43,496 nt of DNA from Gaiellaceae bacterium (GTDB lineage: Bacteria; Actinomycetota; Thermoleophilia; Gaiellales; Gaiellaceae): the NCBI GenBank assembly GCA_035765175.1, contig DASTYD010000149.1, positions 1-43,496 of the forward strand, given 5' to 3'. The number at the start of each line of letters is the position of its first letter. The first letter of the stretch is position 1. The position numbers and the translations under genes were made by a program. Shown here piece after piece: positions 16,400-24,512 of the stretch. The notes under the pieces were generated by a model. That model was not told the origin of the DNA. It was given only the letters and a program-made list of their open reading frames with translations, and did no database searches.

Positions 16400-18023
16400 A
16401 GCCGAGCCGGTCGAGTACCCGGTGCCGTGGTGGCGCGGCCGCGTCGCGAGCTGGATCACGACCGTCGACCACAAGCGGATCGGGATCCTCTACCTCGTCA
16501 CCTGCCTCGTCTTCTTCGGCGCCGCCGGCGTGCTCGCGCTTCTCATGCGCACGCAGCTGGCGCAGGCGAACGAGGACTTCCTGACGCGCAACTCCTACAA
16601 CGAGGTCATGACCCTGCACGGGACGGCGATGGTCTTCCTCGTCGTCGTCCCGATCCTCGCGGGCTTCGGCAACTTCCTCGTGCCGCTGATGATCGGCGCT
16701 CGTGACGTCGCCTTCCCGCGGCTGAACGCGCTCTCGTACTGGCTCTTCCTGTTCGGTGGCGTGGTCCTGTTCGGGAGCTTCTTCGCCTCGGGCGGCGCGG
16801 CCAACACGGGTTGGACGATCTACGCCCCGCTCTCGGAGAAGGTCGGCGGCGACGGGGTCGACTTCCTGATCCTCTCGCTCCACATCCTCTCCGTCTCGTC
16901 GCTCGTCGGTGCGATCAACTTCCTCGTCACGATCCACCGCCTGCGCGCGCCGGGGATGACGTGGATGCGCGTCCCGCTCTTCGTGTGGTCGATCGAGGTG
17001 TATTCGGCGCTGCTCGTCATCGTCTTGCCCGCGCTCTCAGCGGGCCTGACGATGCTGCTTCTCGACCGGCAGGCCGGCACTCACTTCTTCGAGCCCGACG
17101 AGGGCGGCAACGCCGTGCTCTGGCAGCACGTCTTCTGGTTCTTCGGGCACCCCGAGGTCTACATCATGATCCTGCCGGTGATGGGGATCGTCTCCGAGGT
17201 GCTCCCCGTCTTCTCGCGCAAGCCGATCTTCGGCTACACGGCGATCGTCTTCTCGACGGTCGCGATCGGCTTCTACTCGCTGCTCGTCTGGGCGCACCAC
17301 ATGTTCACGGTCGGGCTGTCCACGCCGCTGCTGGGGTTCTTCATGATCTCGTCGATGATCATCGCCGTCCCGACCGGCGTGAAGATCCTCAACTGGCTCG
17401 CGACGACCTGGCGCGGGAACCTCATCCTCGACACGCCGATGTTGTTCGCGCTCGGCTTCATCGCCCTGTTCACGATCGGTGGGCTCTCGGGAATCTTCCT
17501 CGCAGCCTTCCCCATCGACTGGCAGACGCACGACACGTACTTCGTCGTCGCGCACCTGCACTACGTGCTCTTCGGCGGATCGATGTTCGGCGTCTTCGCG
17601 GGGCTCTACTACTGGTGGCCGAAGATCTTCGGGCGGGTCCTCCACGAGGGCCTCGGCAAGCTCCACTTCTGGCTGCTCTTCATCGGCTTCAACCTCACGT
17701 TCTTCCCGCAGCACCTACTCGGGCTGGACGGGATGGTGCGACGGATCTACACGTACGACCGCGAGGGCTGGGAGACGTACAATCTGATCTCGACGATCGG
17801 CGCCTACGTGATGGCGGTCGGAATCTTCGTCTTCATCGTGAACGTGATCTCGACGAAGCGGCGACCGGGGGCTCGGGCTGGCAACGACCCCTGGCTGGGT
17901 GACACGCTCGAGTGGTACACGACTTCGCCGCCGCCGCCGCACAACTTCGACAAGGTGCCGTACGTGACGAGCGCCCGCCCGTTGCGCGACCTGCGCCGCC
18001 GGATCTGGGAGAAGCGGGTATGA
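16389..18023 (+). CDS. ctaD: Cytochrome c oxidase subunit I
   Basis: TTVDHKRIGILYL, WFFGHPEVYI and HHMF motifs in a 12-transmembrane-helix pattern. I prefer the GTG at 16389, 7 nt after AGGAG (16377-16381). The track start at 16368 is in the same frame. Confidence 0.92.
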   Translation: MAVRAEPVEYPVPWWRGRVASWITTVDHKRIGILYLVTCLVFFGAAGVLALLMRTQLAQANEDFLTRNSYNEVMTLHGTAMVFLVVVPILAGFGNFLVPLMIGARDVAFPRLNALSYWLFLFGGVVLFGSFFASGGAANTGWTIYAPLSEKVGGDGVDFLILSLHILSVSSLVGAINFLVTIHRLRAPGMTWMRVPLFVWSIEVYSALLVIVLPALSAGLTMLLLDRQAGTHFFEPDEGGNAVLWQHVFWFFGHPEVYIMILPVMGIVSEVLPVFSRKPIFGYTAIVFSTVAIGFYSLLVWAHHMFTVGLSTPLLGFFMISSMIIAVPTGVKILNWLATTWRGNLILDTPMLFALGFIALFTIGGLSGIFLAAFPIDWQTHDTYFVVAHLHYVLFGGSMFGVFAGLYYWWPKIFGRVLHEGLGKLHFWLLFIGFNLTFFPQHLLGLDGMVRRIYTYDREGWETYNLISTIGAYVMAVGIFVFIVNVISTKRRPGARAGNDPWLGDTLEWYTTSPPPPHNFDKVPYVTSARPLRDLRRRIWEKRV

Positions 18024-19222
18024 GCCCCTGGATTCGCCTCACGGCTCTCGGCGGCGCGGCAGGGACCTTCGTCGCCGTCGTTTCGGGCTCGGCCGGCCTC
18101 GGCACAACTCACCGCGTGCTCGCCGCGCTCGCGTTGCCGCCGCTCGCCGCCGTGGCCGCAGCGGCATGGGTCAATCACCGAGAGCTGCTTCCGTCGGCAG
18201 TCGCCGCCCTGGCTCTCTTCGGCCTCGCCGCAGCGATCACCGCACCCGGGCTCCACCTCGCCCTCTCGGCCCTGGCGTTTGCAGCCAGTTTGGTCCTTGC
18301 TGCCCAATCGTGGCGCGGTGTCCCAAGGACTTTGCAACACAGTGTTACTTGGGATTTTCGAGGGTCTGTTCGGGACTACCTGACGCTGACGAAGCCGCGG
18401 ATCATGTCGCTGCTCCTGCTGACGGGGCTCTGCGGGATGATCGTCGGGGCGGGTGGGCTGCCGCCGCTTCGGCTCGTCGCCGTGACGATGGTCGGCCTGG
18501 GGCTCGCGTGCGGCGGGGCGAGCGCTCTCAACCACGTGCTCGACGCGGACATCGACCGGCTCATGGGCAAGCGCACACGGTCCCGCCCGGTCGCTGCGGG
18601 CCGCGTCCCGGCGCCCTACGCGCTCGAGTTCGGGCTTGCCTTGATGGCGTTCTCGTTCGTCCTCCTCGCCGGCGTCGTCAATCCGCTCACAGCACATCTC
18701 GCACTTGCCGGAGGTCTCTTCTACGTCCTCGTCTACACGCGGTTCCTGAAGCGCTCGACGCCGCAGAACATCGTGATCGGAGGAGCCGCCGGCGCCGTCC
18801 CCCCACTGGTCGGCTGGGCCGCCGCGACGGGCGACCTCACACTGCCCGCGCTCGTGCTCTTCACCGTCGTCTTTCTCTGGACACCGCCGCACTTCTGGGC
18901 GCTCGCGCTTCTGATCAAGCGCGACTACGAGGCGGCCGGCGTGCCGATGCTCCCCGTCGTGCGCGGCGAGGACGAGACCGCGCGCCAGATCGTGCTCTAC
19001 ACAGCCGCGCTCGTCGCGTTCACGCTCGCGCCCGCGCTCTGGGGGATGTTCGGCCTCGTCTATCTCGTCGCCGCGGCCGCGCTCGGCGCAGCCTTCCTCG
19101 CGCTGGCGTGGATGCTTCGTCGTGAGCGGACGCCGGCGCGGGCGGGCCTCCTCTTCCACTATTCGCTGCTCTACCTGGCTCTGCTCTTCGTCGCGATGGC
19201 GCTCGACACGGTGGTCGCGTGA
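18020..19222 (+). CDS. ctaB: Protohaem IX farnesyltransferase (haem O synthase) with a ~100-aa N-terminal membrane extension
   Basis: ATGA overlap with the ctaD stop. UbiA-type motifs YLTLTKPRI and NHVLDADIDRLMGKRTRSRP. The canonical domain begins near residue 115. Residues 1-100 form about three hydrophobic helices carrying the HR dipeptides THRVLAA and NHRELL. Confidence 0.88.
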   Translation: MSPWIRLTALGGAAGTFVAVVSGSAGLGTTHRVLAALALPPLAAVAAAAWVNHRELLPSAVAALALFGLAAAITAPGLHLALSALAFAASLVLAAQSWRGVPRTLQHSVTWDFRGSVRDYLTLTKPRIMSLLLLTGLCGMIVGAGGLPPLRLVAVTMVGLGLACGGASALNHVLDADIDRLMGKRTRSRPVAAGRVPAPYALEFGLALMAFSFVLLAGVVNPLTAHLALAGGLFYVLVYTRFLKRSTPQNIVIGGAAGAVPPLVGWAAATGDLTLPALVLFTVVFLWTPPHFWALALLIKRDYEAAGVPMLPVVRGEDETARQIVLYTAALVAFTLAPALWGMFGLVYLVAAAALGAAFLALAWMLRRERTPARAGLLFHYSLLYLALLFVAMALDTVVA

Positions 19223-19377
19223 GCGAGCGGCCGGCCGAGCCGTACGTCGCGCCGCGGGAGCCCACCCTGGAAGCCGCCCCGAGCAACATGCTCTTCGGCT
19301 TCGGGCTCTTCGCGCTCTTCGTCCTGCTGTTCGCCGGAACCGTCGGCGTCGGGCTCGTCTACCTCGCGCTCGACTAG
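19219..19377 (+). CDS. Small single-pass membrane protein (52 aa), candidate small oxidase subunit or assembly factor
   Basis: Not in the ORF track because it is under 60 aa. The GTG at 19219 overlaps the ctaB stop (GTGA). Sequence: VSERPAEPYVAPREPTLEAAPSNMLFGFGLFALFVLLFAGTVGVGLVYLALD. High G/C at codon position 3. One clear transmembrane helix. Confidence 0.5.
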   Translation: MSERPAEPYVAPREPTLEAAPSNMLFGFGLFALFVLLFAGTVGVGLVYLALD

Positions 19378-20066
19378 CCCCAGCCGCTCGCGAGCAGCTC
19401 ACGCACCTCCTCGACGCCCGCCTGCCAGACGCCGAGCATGTCCTCGTCGGAGTGCTCGTACGCGCCGCCGAAGGATCCGTCGCCGAGGATGCGCCTCACC
19501 TCCGCCGGGTCGAGGAGCGACGTCTCCACGGACGGCTTCGGCTCGTCGGGGAGCTCGACGCCGGGAAGCCTCGTCCAGGGGAAGTTCTCCATCCAAGAGG
19601 CGTGCGACCCCTCGGAATCGATCGCCCGGACGCTCGCCATCACGCGCTCGCTGTTCCACCAGTCGTGATACAGGACGCGGCTCTCGGGATGCTGCGCACC
19701 CCATTGCGACGCGGCCGAGCGCGCCGGCGTGTTCCCGCCGTGGCCGTTGACGATCAGGATCCGCCGGAAGCCCTGCGACGAGAGGGAATCGAGGAGGTCC
19801 GTGACAACGGCGAGAAACGTCTCGACCCGCAGCGTCGGGCTCCCCGGGTAGGCGGCGAAACGCGGCGTGATCCCGTACGGCAGGACGGGGAGCACCAACA
19901 CGCCGAGAGGTTCGGCGGCCTCGACGGCGACGCGCTCGGCGAGGATGTTGTCCGTCGCGAGCGAGAGGTACGCGTGCTGCTCGGTGGAGCCGACCGGCAG
20001 GACGATTCGATCGTCGCGCTGGAGGTATGCCTCCAGCTGCATCCAGTTGCAGTCCTGGACGCGCAC
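19374..20066 (-). CDS. Creatininase / creatinine amidohydrolase family protein
   Basis: VLPVGSTEQHA and ILIVNGHGGN metal-ligand motifs of the creatininase fold. GTG start. Its stop shares a CTAG with the small + strand ORF. Confidence 0.8.
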   Translation of the reverse strand: MRVQDCNWMQLEAYLQRDDRIVLPVGSTEQHAYLSLATDNILAERVAVEAAEPLGVLVLPVLPYGITPRFAAYPGSPTLRVETFLAVVTDLLDSLSSQGFRRILIVNGHGGNTPARSAASQWGAQHPESRVLYHDWWNSERVMASVRAIDSEGSHASWMENFPWTRLPGVELPDEPKPSVETSLLDPAEVRRILGDGSFGGAYEHSDEDMLGVWQAGVEEVRELLASGWG

Positions 20067-20075
20067 GGTCCGAGA

Positions 20076-20435
20076 TCAGCCTGCCGCCGGCTTCGGCTGC
20101 ATCTCGACTCGCGTGACCAGCCCCTGCTCGTCGAGGTCGATCGAGACGATGAGCTCTTCCTCGGAAGCCGTCTCGTTCGTCTCCGACCAGCGCTGAACTC
20201 GGCGGGCCGGGACGTCGAATCGGCCGTCGGAGCCCTCGATGTCGACGATCTCGACCCTCGAGTCGAGGCCCTCGGGCCCCGGCTGGCTCGCCAGCGCGCG
20301 AAGTGCCTCGAGACCCTCTGCTCGATGCGGGCCGATCTGGATCTCGATCGACGGAGCGGCAAGGGCGACGACGGCGTCGGCGTCGTTGTCGTTCATCGCG
20401 TCGCAGAAGCGGCGGATCGTCTCCTCGGCCCCCAT
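20076..20435 (-). CDS. NTF2 / SnoaL-like small protein
   Basis: 119 aa beginning MGAEETIRRFCDAMNDNDADAVVALAAPSIE, which is a typical SnoaL-like N-terminus. Only the 3' end of a 524-aa track ORF is kept. Confidence 0.6.
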   Translation of the reverse strand: MGAEETIRRFCDAMNDNDADAVVALAAPSIEIQIGPHRAEGLEALRALASQPGPEGLDSRVEIVDIEGSDGRFDVPARRVQRWSETNETASEEELIVSIDLDEQGLVTRVEMQPKPAAG

Positions 20436-20446
20436 GCGGTGCGCCT

Positions 20447-20743
20447 CTAGACCTGAGCCGGCTCCGGGCCGGGTCGCACGAGCACCGTGTCCGCGACGGG
20501 GATGATCTCGTCGACGGGCAGCACCGCGCGTGAGGCGTGCTCGCGGATCGCTTCCGGGCTGATCGCCTGGTAGATGTAGACGGTGCCGACGGAGCCGCCG
20601 TCCTCCTCGAGAACGTAGGAGCGGATCCAGCGAACCTGGTCCGACATCACCTCGTCGCCGACCTTGCTCGAACGTCCCGCCGCTTCCTGAAGCTCCTCCA
20701 CCGACCGCCAGCCGCTTCTGCGCAGAATCACATAGGTGTTCAC
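20447..20743 (-). CDS. DUF4242-like (SCO4226-type) small protein
   Basis: GTG at 20743 preceded by [33 protein letters not shown]...VRWIRSYVLEEDGGSVGTVYIYQAISPEAIREHASRA matches the DUF4242 pattern as I remember it. Confidence 0.6.
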   Translation of the reverse strand: MNTYVILRRSGWRSVEELQEAAGRSSKVGDEVMSDQVRWIRSYVLEEDGGSVGTVYIYQAISPEAIREHASRAVLPVDEIIPVADTVLVRPGPEPAQV

Positions 20744-21893
20744 GTCGTCCTCCTCGAGTGGTCGGTCGGGCGATCCTACGCCTCCGGGGATCTTCCTCGC
20801 GAGGCCCGATCGTGTCGCCGACGGCGTGCGCCTGGCCGTCAAGGACCTCTTCGACACCGCCGGACTGACGACGACGTACGGCTCGATCGTCTTCGCCGAC
20901 CACGTCCCCGAGACGAGCGCCGTAGCAGTGACGCGCTTGGAGGCGGCGGGCTACGCGAACGTCGGCAAGACGAACCTGCACGAGTTCGCGTACGGCATCA
21001 CCTCGGTCAATCCGCACTACGGCACGGTGCCCAACCCGAACTATCCGGGCCGCATGGCCGGCGGCTCGAGCGGGGGGTCGGCGGCTGCGCTCGCAGCCGG
21101 GCTCGCGGACGCGGCGCTGGGGACGGACTCGGGCGGCTCGATCCGGATCCCCGCAGCGTGCTGCGGCGTCGTCGGCTTCAAGCCGACCTACGGGCTCGTC
21201 TCGCTCGAGGGCGTGTTCCCACTGGCACCGAGCTTCGACCACGCCGGCCCGATGGCGCGCTCGGTCGCGGAGTGCACTGCGATGATGGAGGCCCTCGTCG
21301 ACGGCTTCGAGCCGATGACCGTCGAGTCTCTCGAGGAGCTCGAGGTCGGAGTCGCCTGGCTCGATCTGGCCGATCCTGCGATCCAGACGCGCGTGCGCGA
21401 GGCGACCGAGCTCTTCCCGCGCCGCCGCGACGTCGAATTCCCACTGACGGAAACCGTCGCGCCAATCTTCATGCGCGAGGTCGCCGACGTGCACCGCGAC
21501 CTCTTCGCTGAGTTCGCCGACTCTTACGGCGACAACGTGAGGACGAAGGTCGAGCGTTGCCTTGGGCTTCCCGACGCCAAGTACGAGCGCGGCCTGGCGG
21601 CACGTGAAGAGGTGCGCGAGCGGGCCGCGAGCGCCATCGACGGAGTTCACCTCGTCCTCACTCCCACGCTCGGCTTCGTCGCGCCGTCTCTGCCGGTCGA
21701 CGACCTCGAGATCCGCGAGGCGACGATTCGGCTCACGATCCCGTTCAACTCGCTTGGGTGGCCGGCGCTCGCATTGCCGTGCGGCGCTGCCGAGGACGGG
21801 CTTCCGGCCTCGCTTCAGATCGCGGGCAGTCCGGGCTCGGACGCGCTCGTACTGGCAGTCGGCGAGCTCGTCGAAACGCTCCTCAGACGCTAA
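20736..21893 (+). CDS. Amidase-signature family hydrolase, short N-terminus
   Basis: Catalytic Lys context [11 protein letters not shown]. Signature [27 protein letters not shown] (Ser-cisSer-Lys triad). The start is uncertain: the GTG at 20736 overlaps the divergent DUF4242 start by 8 nt. Confidence 0.8.
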   Translation: MFTSSSSSGRSGDPTPPGIFLARPDRVADGVRLAVKDLFDTAGLTTTYGSIVFADHVPETSAVAVTRLEAAGYANVGKTNLHEFAYGITSVNPHYGTVPNPNYPGRMAGGSSGGSAAALAAGLADAALGTDSGGSIRIPAACCGVVGFKPTYGLVSLEGVFPLAPSFDHAGPMARSVAECTAMMEALVDGFEPMTVESLEELEVGVAWLDLADPAIQTRVREATELFPRRRDVEFPLTETVAPIFMREVADVHRDLFAEFADSYGDNVRTKVERCLGLPDAKYERGLAAREEVRERAASAIDGVHLVLTPTLGFVAPSLPVDDLEIREATIRLTIPFNSLGWPALALPCGAAEDGLPASLQIAGSPGSDALVLAVGELVETLLRR

Positions 21894-22933
21894 TCACACT
21901 CGGCAGCGGCTTCCTTCGGGACGCTGACCGTGAGCGGCTTCTGGGGTGCCCAGTTGCCTTTCTGGACAACACGCGTGAACGGCACGAAGGCGAACCCTCT
22001 CGTCGCATCCGCGACCTGGGCGTTGAGTGTGAAGTCGAAGCGATCCTTGCCGCGGAACGGATCCTTGTCGGGATCGACTCGGAGGGTGAACCGCCCGTCG
22101 GGGCCACTGCGCGCCGAGGCGATCTCGGCGCTCGGCAGATTCGCCGGCCCCGTCGAGGACGGCCTGAGCACGGCACCGATCCGCGCCCGGGTCGGTCGGC
22201 AGTCTCGACCGAGCACCGTCCCGCTCACGAGCACGGGCGCGTCAGGGTCGAAGGCGGCTTCGTCGGTCGAGACGTAGTCGAAGCCCAGCACGGCCACCTG
22301 AAACCCCGAGGGAGCCCCGGAGGCGCTGAGCAAGCGAAACACGACGGGCCGGTAGCTGTCTTGGTCGATCCCGATCTGGAGAACCCCGAGGCCGCCGCGG
22401 CCCTCGAGCCGCACCCAGTGCACGGGCCGACCACGCCAGACTCCCTGGCCGACGATCGTCGCGTCGCCGGCGGCGAGAGCTTCGCGGTAGTACTCGGCCC
22501 CGTCGAGCAGTCCTGGGAACGTCGTGAACTCGTCCTCCGAGGCCCTCGTCGTGTAGTCGGCGATCGTCTCTCCGGCGTTTTGGCTGACCACTCGGACGAG
22601 CCCACGCTGCTTGTCGTAGAACGCCTCGTTCGTCACGGGCGAGAAATCGCGGCCCTCACCCCGTTGGAGCTTGATCGTCAAATGGGTAACCGGCCCTCCC
22701 GTGTCGATGGCGGCCAGAGCGCGGTCGAGGACCGATCTGCTCTCGCCGCCGCGATCCCAGGGAGAGGCGAGAACGAGCACGAACAGGGCTGCTGCCACCA
22801 ACGCCACCGCCGTTACCGCGCCGAAGGGCTTCATCCGGCGCAGGCGCTGCGTCTCGACGACAGCGTCCGCGAGCGCGAGCAGCTCCGGGTCGTCGCGCAG
22901 CTCCTCCAGCACCTCGCGGTCACGGATGGTCAT
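21890..22933 (-). CDS. Membrane-anchored putative anti-sigma factor with a large extracytoplasmic domain
   Basis: ATGA overlap with the upstream ECF sigma gene. It has a short cytoplasmic N-terminus, one transmembrane helix (FGAVTAVALVAAALFVLVLASPW) and a ~290-aa outside domain. The C-terminal part (LVSGTVLGRD...SGPDGRFTLRV) resembles a carboxypeptidase-regulatory-like beta-sandwich. Confidence 0.6.
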   Translation of the reverse strand: MTIRDREVLEELRDDPELLALADAVVETQRLRRMKPFGAVTAVALVAAALFVLVLASPWDRGGESRSVLDRALAAIDTGGPVTHLTIKLQRGEGRDFSPVTNEAFYDKQRGLVRVVSQNAGETIADYTTRASEDEFTTFPGLLDGAEYYREALAAGDATIVGQGVWRGRPVHWVRLEGRGGLGVLQIGIDQDSYRPVVFRLLSASGAPSGFQVAVLGFDYVSTDEAAFDPDAPVLVSGTVLGRDCRPTRARIGAVLRPSSTGPANLPSAEIASARSGPDGRFTLRVDPDKDPFRGKDRFDFTLNAQVADATRGFAFVPFTRVVQKGNWAPQKPLTVSVPKEAAAECD

Positions 22934-23412
22934 GGTTCGATCCCCCTCTCGATCAACTCTTCGCGCAACGCTTCGAGCGCACGCCTGAAACGCATCTTGG
23001 CCGCGGCCTCGGTGAGGCCGACCTCGCGTCCGATCTCGGCGAACGTCAGCCCCCGCAGGAGCTTGAGGACGATCACCTGGCTCTGCCCACCGGGGAGCGC
23101 GCCGAGAGCCTCGCGGAGCGCTCGCGCGACGAACGGCCCGTAGTCCGAGGAGCTTCGCGTCTCGGGCAGGTTGACGCGCTTCTCGCGCCGCTGCCTGCGA
23201 GTCTCGTCCACGAAGCGTCGCCTCGCGACGGTGTAGAGCCAAGCGAGCACGGGTGGGTCCCCCTCCTGTGGGTCGGGCAGCCCCGCCGCAGCGGCGGCGA
23301 AGACGTCCTGGGTCAGCTCCTCCGCGCGGTGCGGATCGCGAATCCGCCGGCGGAGGTAGCCGTAGACGTGCTGGTAGTGCCGGCGAAAAGCGCCCTCGGC
23401 AGCTCCGTTCAC
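22930..23412 (-). CDS. ECF (sigma-70 family) RNA polymerase sigma factor
   Basis: 160 aa with a GTG start. Region 2: AEELTQDVFAAAA...WLYTVARRRFVDETRR. Region 4: QSQVIVLKLLRGLTFAEIGREVGLTEAAAKMRFRRALEALR. Confidence 0.85.
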   Translation of the reverse strand: MNGAAEGAFRRHYQHVYGYLRRRIRDPHRAEELTQDVFAAAAAGLPDPQEGDPPVLAWLYTVARRRFVDETRRQRREKRVNLPETRSSSDYGPFVARALREALGALPGGQSQVIVLKLLRGLTFAEIGREVGLTEAAAKMRFRRALEALREELIERGIEP

Positions 23413-23630
23413 ACCCTTCTTCTCGTTCAGAGCCTCAGAAAGTAACGAAGCACGGGGAAACCCCTGGTTCTCCCGTGAGCCCCTCCTTCAGATCGGAGGC
23501 GTCATACGAGGTCTGCGGAGCCGGCGGATGCATCGGAAGTTCGAGCGTTCCCTTCTCCGGTGGGAGCCTCCCGCCGGGCAAAGCCCGGCTCCGGCAGCGG
23601 ATCACAGTGGCGCTCGAAGGCTTCGAGAAC

Positions 23631-24512
23631 CTATCGCGCGGCCGCGCGCGAAGCGGCCTCGTAGACACGGTCGCGCGAGAACTCGTCCAGCTCGGCTGAG
23701 AGGAGTTCGCTCGAGGTCGGGTGACCGCGGGGCACTGGGCACGCTGTGCCGTCCACATCGACCGCCACGAGCTCCTCCGAGTCGTCGTGCTCGAGCTCGA
23801 CCTCGCGCTCGAGCCGGGAGCGGAGCCAGCCTGCGAGGAGCGACGCCTCGGCCACCGGCCCCTCGACGCGCAGTGTGCCGAGCTCGGCGATCCCGGGCCA
23901 CATGCGCGCGAGGCAGCGGCGCCAGCGCTCGGTGCGCCGCCACGCGATGTCGGAGCACGCGGTGCTCTCGAACGGCAGCTCCCCGTAGGCGTCCGGCACG
24001 TCGGGCCACTCGCGCGAGTCGACGATCAGGCGGTCGCAGACCTCGACGAGCTGGTCGACGTTCCGCTCGCCGAACTGCGGGCGCCCGCGCCAGCGCAGGA
24101 ACACGGGCAGGGCGGGGACGAGCAGCGGGTTGACGATGCTCGCCGGCGCCTGACAGCTGCGCCCGCGGAGGCGGAGCTCGATCACCTCGGCCGCGATGTG
24201 CCGGCGCTGCTCGCGGAGCGGAAACGCGAGCACGGAGATCTTTGCGTCCATCCCGTCCTCGGCGTCAGGACGCGGGAAGAGGAGGATCCCGCGCGAGGGG
24301 TGCCGCTCCTCGAGGCCGGCGAGCGTCTCGAGCGCCGCGTCCTCCCACTCGGGAGGCACCCAGGCGAGGTGGGTCATCACGCTCGTCCGGAGATCGGGTC
24401 CCTCTGTCTCGTGGGCGCTCTCGTCACGCAGGCGGCAGAGCTCAGTGACGACGTCGCCGACCCCGACGTCCTCGCCCGACCACTCCTCTGCGTGGACGTG
24501 CGTCGTGCTCAA
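23631..24512 (-). CDS. opcA: Glucose-6-phosphate dehydrogenase assembly protein OpcA
   Basis: The last 293 codons of a 774-aa track ORF. Its position immediately after zwf (TTGA overlap; an in-frame GTG 5 codons upstream is an alternative) and segments such as LRTSVMTHLAWVP and LPVFLRWRG fit OpcA. Confidence 0.75.
   Translation of the reverse strand: MSTTHVHAEEWSGEDVGVGDVVTELCRLRDESAHETEGPDLRTSVMTHLAWVPPEWEDAALETLAGLEERHPSRGILLFPRPDAEDGMDAKISVLAFPLREQRRHIAAEVIELRLRGRSCQAPASIVNPLLVPALPVFLRWRGRPQFGERNVDQLVEVCDRLIVDSREWPDVPDAYGELPFESTACSDIAWRRTERWRRCLARMWPGIAELGTLRVEGPVAEASLLAGWLRSRLEREVELEHDDSEELVAVDVDGTACPVPRGHPTSSELLSAELDEFSRDRVYEAASRAAAR

Noticed and set aside
17804-19402. 532-aa - strand ORF antisense to ctaB.
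   Set aside because: It has R/E/D-rich composition and no motifs. The + frame carries unmistakable UbiA and haem O synthase motifs.
23444-23473. ECF-type promoter candidate GAAC-N19-CGTT upstream of the second sigma gene.
   Set aside because: The 19-nt spacing is longer than the 16-17 nt usual for ECF promoters, and the spacer is mostly a GGGG-TTT-CCCC hairpin. This is not strong enough to call.
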